A stretch of DNA of 63,534 nt, the filler included, from Hausera hauseri (Eukaryota): NCBI GenBank assembly GCA_046269625.1. It is 10 parts of 10 records of this genome, joined end to end, with 100 filler letters (N's around TTAATTAATTAA, not from the genome) between each part and the next. Parts side by side here need not be neighbours in the genome. Positions count along the whole stretch, not along the records: positions 40,405 to 55,156 come from JBJURY010544341.1; positions 55,257 to 59,281 come from JBJURY010810531.1; positions 59,382 to 63,534 come from JBJURY010731878.1; 7 more parts are not named here. The stretch is one strand, 5' to 3'. The notes under the pieces were generated by a model. The model saw nothing but the letters and a program-made list of their open reading frames with translations. It did no database searches and was not told the origin of the DNA. Below, in pieces: positions 55,075 through 63,534 of the stretch (position 1 is its first letter; every line of letters begins with the position of its first letter). Made by a program: the position numbers and the translations under genes.

Positions 55075-55156
55075 AACCTGGGAATCGAACCCGCAACACT
55101 GAAACGGCGCCATCGCCTTGCCACAACAGTAAGCCAAGCAGTCTAGCCACTACTCT
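55075..55156 (-). mobile_element. tRNA-derived SINE head, partial
   Basis: Minus strand has an A-box-like TAGTGGCTAGAC and B-box GGTTCGATTCCC with non-tRNA spacing. Confidence 0.5.
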
Positions 55157-55349
55157 NNNNNNNNNNNNNNNNNNNNNNNNNNNNNNNNNNNNNNNNNNNN
55201 TTAATTAATTAANNNNNNNNNNNNNNNNNNNNNNNNNNNNNNNNNNNNNNNNNNNNGCGGCTAATCAAGTTAAAATTATTTGTTATCCCCATTAATTAAT
55301 CATTTACGTGAAAGTCTCTCCCAAAGTAATTAGTGAGGATTGAACAAAC

Positions 55350-55368
55350 TGGTGCCGTGACCCGGAAT
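55350..55368 (+). promoter_or_regulatory. Primer-binding site, tRNA-His type, after LTR end ...GAACA (55346)
   Basis: TGGTGCCGTGACCCGGAAT is near-complementary to the tRNA-His 3' end (expected TGGTGCCGTGACTCGGAT). Confidence 0.85.
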
Positions 55369-55494
55369 CATTATTTCATAACCTTTGGATTAAGAAAGTA
55401 TCACCATTACCACAAGGAATGGAACAATTTATTATCCAGAAGAAAACGAACCCTACATACTAGAGTATTTAAGAAATTTAAGTGCGAAGAACCT

Positions 55495-56340
55495 ATGGCA
55501 AATCATAACGTAGAGCAGGTGATTCAGTCGAAGGCTAATTTCACCTTACCGATGAAAAAATTTTCGGGCAAAGAAGACATACAGGATTTCATGATGGAAT
55601 ATGAAGTATATTCCAAAAGGTTCGGATGGGACGACAAGCAAAGAGTGGAAAGATTACCCCTTCGTCTAAAAGGGACGGCCCTTATGATCTATTTCCAGAT
55701 GCCGGAAGAAGGCAAGAAGGACTGGAAAGTAATTAAAGAAAGGCTGCCTCAAAAGATTTTAATAGATCCCTCTGGAAAGGGCAGAATCGAGGAATTCATA
55801 AGAAGGAGGCAACGTAAAGATGAAACAGTCCTGGCCTTTATCTGTGCATTGGAAAAACTTGCATCAAGAGCATATCCGGACGTTACGATACGGAATAACG
55901 CATTGTTGGCCCAATTCCAATACGGATTAGAAGGAAGATTAAGGACGATAATCTCACAAGCAGACCCGCCTACGTTCCAAGAAGCAATAAGAAAGGCGCA
56001 GAAAGCCGAACGAGATGCGGAACTGTATAGGTGGAATAAGTCTAAAAGTAATAACAATGGTTACGACAAAAGAAGAAACAATAGTACTCAACGGTATCAA
56101 CAATATGAACGAAACAGAAGCCCCTCACAAACGTCAGCCACGGAAGCTGAATCAGATGTGGAAAGGAAAGTCAGATTTAATTTACGGAACGATGGGGAAA
56201 GGCAAGTTATAGGAAGAAATCTAAGAAGGATGGAAGATCCTTACCTAACATGGATTCCGAAGGAAGACTGAAGTGTTTCAATTGCAATAAATATGGGCAT
56301 ATAGCCAATGAAAGTAAGAAAGAAGACAAAAAGAAAGAAA
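55495..56340 (+). CDS. gag: Ty3/gypsy-type Gag (capsid domain open; zinc knuckle after a frameshift)
   Basis: FSGKEDIQDF..YE...GWDD....LPLRLKGTA, RRQRKDETVLAF..LEKLASRAYP, QFQYGL, PPTFQEAI, then CFNCNKYGHIANE. Confidence 0.92.
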
Positions 56341-57890
56341 GTGGCAATTATATCAACGATACATTATCACAACGCACGAAGAAGCAATTAGAAATAGAGC
56401 TAAAGGAGTATGAAAGACAGCAGCAAATACTGAAAGAAAGTAGTATCTATATGATAGAAAGTCAACCACAGAAACAAGTATCTCATAAAGGAAGAAAGAA
56501 AGGCAATAAGAAAATAGCTGATGTAGAGGTTGAATCAAGAGAAACATCAACAGAGAGGGAGGAGGTAGTAAAAGAAAAGAAAAGAGGAAGAAAGAAGAGT
56601 AACCTCAGCACATCTTCACCCTCATTTAGTCCAGAAGAAACTCAAGCTACGCCAATATTCGAAGATGCTATATAGGATCAGATAATAAGGAATCCAGGCG
56701 TAGATCTAGACGAAGAGGAAGATATCATTCAGGCAGTAATGACTGTCGATCCCGATAATATTATCGATTTGGATAAAACGACTACCACAGTATTAAAGAT
56801 ACTTACCAATAAAATAACGGCAAAAAGGATAAACGAAATATTACCTCAATTGGTGCTATTAGCACAAGACACCAGTCCTGTTAGAGAAATAGCTTGGACG
56901 GTATTGGCCAAAGCTGACGAGGACAAGAAAGAAAGAAACGAAGTAATACGGACAACGGTAAAGGAAGATAACCATGATATGAGGGTCATTAGGATGAACG
57001 AAGGAGACGGTATCTAATCTATAAGAAAAAAGATTGAGGAGTTGGAACCTTTTTATCAAGGAAGCCCTTATGGACTAAATTATTGGGGAAGGACGTTATA
57101 TAACTACGATAAATTATTGAAAATTGGATGTAGAAGTAAGAATTACAATCCAATAACTATAACAGAAATACACTAAGAGGCAAGAGCACAGGCAACAGTG
57201 GAGAATACACTAAGGGAAATGGAAACACATGGAGTAGAAGAAATCTCTACGGGTGATACACAAGATATCACAGTTCAAACGGAAGCCAATAGAAGAGGTA
57301 AGCCGAAAGGGACGAAAATAAGTGACATTCGTAACAAAAAAGATAGAAACGAAAAAATAGTAAGACGATTATTATTAGCAGGAACAAATGGTACTCCCGA
57401 GTCGTGGACATAGACCCATTATTAAGAACGTTGTTGGCTAAGCTGCAGACGTCATTTGCCTCATTTGACATGCAGGCAATAATCCCAGGCGAACTGTTCA
57501 CAACGTTACGTAATAATATGCTACTAATAATAGCCAATTCTATAAAAACTTAGAGGAAGAACGGGTAAACGAACTGCATGAGCTAGATATTTTAGAAAAA
57601 AATGTTTTCAACTGGAATTATGCGCGAGAAAGCTAGAACGGCGATATCATATCTTCTATATAAAATAATAGTAATTAATCACCAAACTCAAAATCTAGAA
57701 GAAATTGGGCGGAATATAAGGAGAGCCGTAAAGATTTTGAAAGATACGTTAAGCAATTGGGCTCAATGTAGAGGTGGATGGTTGACTAGCCTGATGACCA
57801 ATATAATAATGTCAGGGGAACAAGGAAAAGTAACAGATACGCCAATTGCGACACAATCCAACATCTCTAGACCAGGCATAACAGGTATGT
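56340..57890 (+). pseudogene. Unknown charged/helical ORF between gag and env
   Basis: Continuous frameshifted + ORFs with no protease, RT, RNase H or integrase motifs. Confidence 0.5.
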
Positions 57891-59281
57891 CAATGATGGA
57901 GATTATTCAAATTCTCCTAATAACATCATTATTGATGCCGAAAGCTGTAGGTATAGTAGCTTATGACTGCTCTGAATCTAGTGAAGGTCAAAAATATTCT
58001 CTAGTGGATTTGGAGAAGTATCCAGAAGCCGAACCAGAACAGTTAACAACGACAAGTGATCTTACATACTGGATATATTAAGAATCCGAATTCATAAAAG
58101 CAAAAGTTAGGGAATATTACGTAAAAAGATCATTTTTCCTGTTTAACTGTGCCTATTTTTCTGGAAATTCAGCTACAATAGAGCCCACGACACCTTTCGA
58201 ACCAATACTTATATCACGAGCAGAATGCCAGGATGCTTTTAAGATTGGTATCATAACAATACAAAACGCGCATATACAAGCAGTTTGAAATCGAATAAAA
58301 TATACCAGAATATTTAGGGCAGGAAGAATAGATAAGATAATGGAAAGTACTTGCAAAGGAGTCAGTTATGACGTGGGAGGTACTACTGCGCCTAGAACGG
58401 TAGCCATCAAAGATTATCAGATTCAGTTGAAGGAATACGAAGTGTTATTCGACTCACATACAAAACTGATAACGACTACGAGTGAAGGCGAATATGATAA
58501 TGGCGAATGTGCTACTGAAGAATCAAAAATGACTTGGGAAACCACTGCAAGTAAATGACATTTAACGTTATTAAAGGAAGAAAAGTTTAATAAGACAGTA
58601 GGAAAACGGCAGAAGAAGAAATAGCGATATATAAAGAAGGAACAAAGGAAGTCAAGATGACAGAAGTAGCTACAATTGTATATTCGGAAAATCCGGAAGA
58701 AATGGTGCGATTTAAAATCACGGGAGTAGCAACTAAGTGTAATGAAGAGATATCAAAAGCCAACTACAAGGGTATTGTCTTATCGAGAAAAGAAATACCC
58801 GGGGCGAAGACCAAAATAGATAAGACATAAAGTTAACGCAATGCTTCAACAATAAGATTGATTTTTTAATCAACTACGTAAGGAAAGAAATCAGCGGATT
58901 ATATCGAGAAATAATAATGAATGAATGCCAGCTGAATTACAAAATAATGCGCAACAAAATGGCATTGGTAATAACGAATTCGGACATGGTAGCGCCCGTA
59001 ATGCCCTTTGGCGACGGAATTATTGGTAGAGTGATGGGCGAGATATTGATAACAATAGAATGTAAAAAGGTAGAAGTATCAGTCAGACCCACAGAAGAAT
59101 GTACATTGGAATTACCTGTGGTTTACCATACAGAACCGAGATATGTGAGGCCAGTAACCAAAATATTATCAAATATTAATGTGAAGCCTACTCCTCTATA
59201 CAACTGCACCTTCAATATGTCGCCAATGTTTAAGATCGACAACGACAAATGGATTAGAATGCCCAAAAGAGAACCAGTGCC
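57890..59281 (+). pseudogene. env: Chuvirus/herpes-gB-like envelope glycoprotein, cut by the contig end
   Basis: Signal-like MEIIQILLITSLLMPKAVG|IVAYDC...KYSLVDLE, ECQDAFKIG, STCKGVSY, NECQL, GRVMGEILITIECKKVEVSVRPTEECTLELPVVY...YVRPVTKIL...C..MSPMFKI...W. Confidence 0.85.
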
Positions 59282-59399
59282 NNNNNNNNNNNNNNNNNNN
59301 NNNNNNNNNNNNNNNNNNNNNNNNNTTAATTAATTAANNNNNNNNNNNNNNNNNNNNNNNNNNNNNNNNNNNNNNNNNNNNTTTGGAGGCCTTTCCTGG

Positions 59400-59578
59400 C
59401 CGGAATTTCTCACATTTTGACGTGAGAATTTAGAGGCATGGCCTCTGACTCCAACTGCATCTATTGATGCATTATTTTCCATGAAACTCCTTATATTTCC
59501 AATAAAATTTTCGTTTGTTGCACTTGTCCGTATCAGGACATTTTGGACGTGCATTATTGTAATTTTCAAGATTTCCAA
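59400..59578 (-). pseudogene. Possible glycoside hydrolase family 10 fragment
   Basis: NVL...FIGNIRSFMENNASIDAVGVRGH resembles the GH10 motif YNV...Y...I..L...GAPIDGIGVQGH. Confidence 0.45.
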
Positions 59579-59675
59579 TCAATCTAATTTATTTGATTTT
59601 ATTTTATATTTATTATTAGCTGCTTAGCAGCTTATATTATTCTGCCTCTAATTTCCATCATTCAAAATAATATTT

Positions 59676-60377
59676 TTAAATATCTTTCACACAAACTCTG
59701 CATCTGGGAATAGTCTTTTCGAAGTTTACATCATTTCGATACGTTTCACCAACTGGTTTGGCAAAACTATCTTGAGGCGTTATTCGTAAGTAATAAACCT
59801 TTGCGTCAGACCAATGGTCGCATTTTCCAGCAACATTATTACATTCAATGAACGGAGAATACCGCAAATGTTCAAGACAGCTTCCTGGAGACGACAATTG
59901 TTGACTGCCAGTGGTATGCATAATTAAACTATACCCTTTCCATAATTCACTCCAAGTTTCCGGACAAGGGGTATTAGGCAGGTTATTTTGATTATGGAAA
60001 ACAAATACATGAGATGGTGCACTGCATACTACGCAGCGAGAAACAAGACTTTTCACCTCGCTTACGTTTACAGGCGTTTCTGTAATTGGACTCAAACTGC
60101 TCAACCAATATGATCGATCACTTCGAATGTTAAAATGACATTCTTGACCTCGATCACAGTGAAGAAGAGGAATGATACTGAATTTAGACAAATAGGAACT
60201 AGGACTACCTAAGTCCACTGACATGAGCATTTCACTAGCATCGGCCATTACGAAGCTGTATCCTTTCCTAATAAGTAGGGTACCCTCGGGACAATTATAT
60301 GAATCATTGTTATTCAACGCTTGAAAATGACGAGCAAATAAAATTTCCGTTCGATTTAGGGCTGCGGGTTTGACCAT
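59676..60377 (-). CDS. Stand-alone type IV collagen NC1 domain (two C4 repeats), intronless, 233 aa
   Basis: FARHFQ..CPEG..GYS, DLGSPSS, RSYWLS, SRCVVCSAPS, CPETWSELWKGYSLIMHT, LSSPGSCLE..PFIEC, RCRVC. No Gly-X-Y repeats, and an in-frame stop 14 codons upstream of the ATG. Confidence 0.93.
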   Translation of the reverse strand: MVKPAALNRTEILFARHFQALNNNDSYNCPEGTLLIRKGYSFVMADASEMLMSVDLGSPSSYLSKFSIIPLLHCDRGQECHFNIRSDRSYWLSSLSPITETPVNVSEVKSLVSRCVVCSAPSHVFVFHNQNNLPNTPCPETWSELWKGYSLIMHTTGSQQLSSPGSCLEHLRYSPFIECNNVAGKCDHWSDAKVYYLRITPQDSFAKPVGETYRNDVNFEKTIPRCRVCVKDI

Positions 60378-60749
60378 TATTTTGCAATTTCTGTTCGCAA
60401 TTTCGTAATTTTGTATTTATCCCACTGTGAGTACTTCTGAAATTCATCGGCTAATTATTTAAATTTTTCCGTTAATGGTCATGGTAGAAACCATGTGGAT
60501 TAAGTTTAACGGATTGCTTGTTAAACCGATGGAAGTTGTCAATGTGATCAATATGATCGCAACTGCTGTTACCTTATAAATCTCCAATTGCGTCATTTGC
60601 ACTTCACTGACAAAACACTATCATTCTCTGACACGATTAAACCGACTGTGGGTTTTTCGTTGTTGTTGGTTGGAGAATGAATTATTATATGGCTTAAATA
60701 GTACATTCGTGCTTCAAATGTACAAATTATTCTTGTTCTTATCCATAGT

Positions 60750-60860
60750 GTGAATGTTTTTCTTCAATCGTTCGCGTGCCATTTTGTTGCCGGCATATAC
60801 CGGTTTAACATCTCTTCCGACTTCATCAATCACTTGCAAAAGACTGTTGTATTTCTTGGG
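60750..60860 (-). pseudogene. CDK2-associated protein (CDK2AP1/DOC-1) fragment
   Basis: KKYNSLLQVIDEVGRDVKPVYAGNKMARERLKKNIH versus the family motif [37 protein letters not shown]. Confidence 0.85.
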
Positions 60861-60954
60861 GTTTTCTGCTGCAGTACTTTGGATAAGAGTTTGTATTTAA
60901 CAATTCAATTATTTCAGAGTTTCGGATATTTTCAACTCCTTTTGAATGTGTGTA

Positions 60955-61190
60955 TTTATCAATAATTTCTATTGCAACTTCTTTCTGGGTGATAACATGC
61001 TTTGCTAGCTTCACTTTTGCAAAATTTCCTTTACCAATAGTTCGAATAAATTTGTACTTTCCAACATTCGGCTGTTCGTGCCAATTCGTTGAAACTCTGT
61101 TATCTAAACCATCTGTTACTGAATCGTTATGCAGAGTAGAATTTGATGGAAAATCGTTTGTATGGACATAATTTTCCTGCAACGGAGGTA
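60955..61190 (-). pseudogene. MARK/PAR-1 kinase N-terminal fragment (subdomains I-II only)
   Basis: EQPNVGKYKFIRTIGKGNFAKVKLAKHVITQKEVAIEIIDK. The catalytic Lys appears as Glu and kinase homology stops abruptly. Confidence 0.88.
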
Positions 61191-61198
61191 ATCCTTGA

Positions 61199-61737
61199 TT
61201 ACTCGTCATCACCGAAATCGTCGTGATTGAATTTCGAATCCAATCCGAACTCGTCATTGTCCGACTCAGCATTAACATCTTCCTCGATAACATTTTCACT
61301 ATCGGTCGCTTTCTCCACGTAGTATTTTGGCGACGACCAAGGAAATCCACGTTTGTTCAACGCAAACTCACAGAGTGTCGTCAAACCTGAACAACATATT
61401 TTCCGCAACCTGACTTCAATTCTGACGGTGAAATATTCAAATTTTCGTTGATCTGTCTGACCGCTTGCAACAACATCGATATACTGGCACTTGGATCATC
61501 GTAATCTTGAGGTTGTTCCATTTTATAACCGCATTCCCGCACGAGCCATGCACCGAGGCTTATGAATGCATTGAATTGTTCTCCTGGGTTTGTTGGAATG
61601 GCAAAATAATGTCGCGAAATAGGTTTCATATGAAATGGTTTGCAAAAGTTTCTTTCATAACCTAATACCTTAAGCTTATCCCATACACTTTCTCTCTTTA
61701 CAAAAAACTTTATAAACACCACCGGGTCCTTCTTCAT
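61199..61737 (-). pseudogene. IFT57: Intraflagellar transport protein 57, N-terminal half, intronless, one frameshift
   Basis: DKLKVLGYE, SRHYFAIPTNPGEQF, AWL, QPQDYDDP, ELKSGCG, GFPWSSP, then an acidic tract. The C-terminal coiled coil is missing. Confidence 0.9.
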
Positions 61738-62065
61738 TTTGAGAATCTGCGGTCACTGCCGTAAACACTGAACATGCAATTATAAAACAATAGTTTTGTA
61801 AAAACTGTTTGACAACCTTCCAACCATGGTTATTCCTGCCCTCCCAGTTCCCCGAACCCTGCCAGGGATCATGTCACACTCATTATTTTACATACTCTTT
61901 TGTATCACGCACACTCATTCAACCAACATGAACACATATTTACACATTCATACACACATATATACACTATATATTTATATATACACTATATACATCCCCT
62001 ACCCTTTTTCACTTAATCTTCTTCATGTTGGCCGGATTCCCCAACTAATCAGTCAGGTTCCAACA

Positions 62066-63125
62066 ATCGGTATGTTTTCAACAGATCTGTTGATACCGTT
62101 TGGACAGAAATGATGAATATCGTTATTCTTGAAGATAACGAAAATTTATATTCAGGTAGGGGTGAAATCATCAAACTTTTAAAAGAAAAGAAAGGAGTGA
62201 GAGACCAGTGGAAATCGGTTCAGAGAAAAAGAGAAATTGAAGAAAATTGTGGCTCAGGAGAGGAAGATTACCCAAATGGAGCTGTCTCAGAGGCTGAATG
62301 TGGGCAAGAGAACATTGCAGCTTTTGCTGGAGAAATTGGGAATCAGGAAGCTGTGCAGTCGATTCATATCACGCTTCTTTACAGTCGGAATGATGGACAG
62401 ACGTCAAACAGCATGTAAAAACAATCTTCGCATGTTATAGGACATTGGACCCAGTTTATTGGCAAATATCGTGACTGAAGATGAAACGCCATTATGTCTC
62501 TATATTCCCTCCTCCACGCGAGAATCAAAAGAGTGGGTTTTGCGTGATAAGAAGCCACCAAAGGTGCTCCGTTCAATCACATCTCATCGAAAATGTGTCA
62601 TGTTGAGCGTCTTTTGGGACTCCAAAGGAGTCGTGAAGGTCGATATCACGGCGACAATCATCAACTATGAGTACTACATAAATGTGGTCAATGAAGTCAG
62701 GGACCTCCGATGCAAGCCGCGCAACCAGAACTTCTATTTGCTGCACGACAACACTCCTGTACACACATAACATCGAACACAGCAGGAAATTGCGAAAAGT
62801 GGATTCGTGCTCGTCGACCACCCTCCATACAACCCTGATATTGCATTCAGCGATTTTTGCTTGCTTAACCACCTCAAAAAAGCATTTGCGAAACCAGAAA
62901 TTCGATTCCAAAGACGATCTGAAGGAAAATGTGGAGAAATTTCTCTCGGAAAAAGGTTCAGACTTATTCGAAATGGGGTTAAAACCATGGTCGAACGCTG
63001 GAGAAAATGCGTGTGTGTGTAAGAATTGTTGAAAAATAAAACCTTTATATGTTTGTTATTTCAAATATGTTTACGTATCTTTTTTATTTATATACAAGTC
63101 TAAGGACTTTTAGCCTCACCACGTA
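62066..63125 (+). mobile_element. mariner transposon remnant, 5' end truncated
   Basis: RKLCSRFISRF, IVTEDETP, MLSVFWDSKGVV, LLHDNT, HPPYNPDIAFSDF, and a 3' TIR-like GGACTTTTAGCCTCACCACG-TA. Confidence 0.92.
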
Positions 63126-63534
63126 ACTATTGTGGCATAACCTATTGAAAACCAAGTATTCTTAGATTAGAACCTTCCTAACGGAATTCATTTCCATAGG
63201 AAAATGTTGATTAGACCATTTGAATTATACTTGAAAAATTCTGTTAGTTTCTTTCATCGAGATATAAGAGAAATCATTTCAACTACTAATGGACAATTGC
63301 CATTCAATTTTCTTAAACTGGTGGATAACTTATTTCACTCATTCACTCCAGCAAAATTATCTATCGAAACAAAAACCACCGAAGATAATGTCAAAAGACA
63401 ATTGCAACAAAATAGTCAAAATTTAAATGCGCCTCTGTGGGCAATGAAAACAAAAAGGACTTACAAAACTGAGAATATTCCAAATGAAATTGTTAACAGG
63501 ATTGGTAAAGTAACAGAGCCATGGTTTTTTGTTT

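Noticed and set aside
60826-61737. Functional IFT57 or MARK genes of a compact genome
   Set aside because: Both are truncated mid-protein, IFT57 is frameshifted, and the kinase lacks its catalytic Lys and all later subdomains.
1-63534. CRISPR arrays, rRNA, operons or other prokaryotic systems
   Set aside because: No repeat-spacer arrays, rRNA-like tracts or bacterial gene density. The content is eukaryotic.

Overview
Animal (lophotrochozoan-looking) genomic DNA made of 10 unrelated short contigs joined by identical 100-bp artificial spacers (N44-TTAATTAATTAA-N44) at 8869-8968, 12910-13009, 21562-21661, 26124-26223, 30719-30818, 34785-34884, 40305-40404, 55157-55256 and 59282-59381, so nothing should be inferred across spacers. 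It is mostly decayed mobile DNA: three copies of one Ty3/gypsy LTR-retrotransposon family, a short non-autonomous LTR element, five Tc1/mariner remnants, a Polinton-type protein-primed PolB pseudogene, and LINE/SINE remnants. It also holds one intact-looking spliced host gene (3-exon C1q-domain protein). Two things stand out. (1) Where the gypsy family should have identical LTRs, it has non-identical TGT...ACA-bounded segments packed with intronless, fused fragments of unrelated host genes (FYVE + neurobeachin, PSME4, FGD-like). A similarly bounded segment on the last contig, with no gag-pol nearby, strings together IFT57, MARK/PAR-1, CDK2AP1, collagen IV NC1 and a GH10-like piece. This suggests an LTR-based mRNA-capture and shuffling system. 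(2) Ty3/gypsy-type Gag is followed by a long unknown ORF and then a chuvirus/gB-like glycoprotein with no Pol in between. All family assignments come from motif recognition by eye, not database searches.
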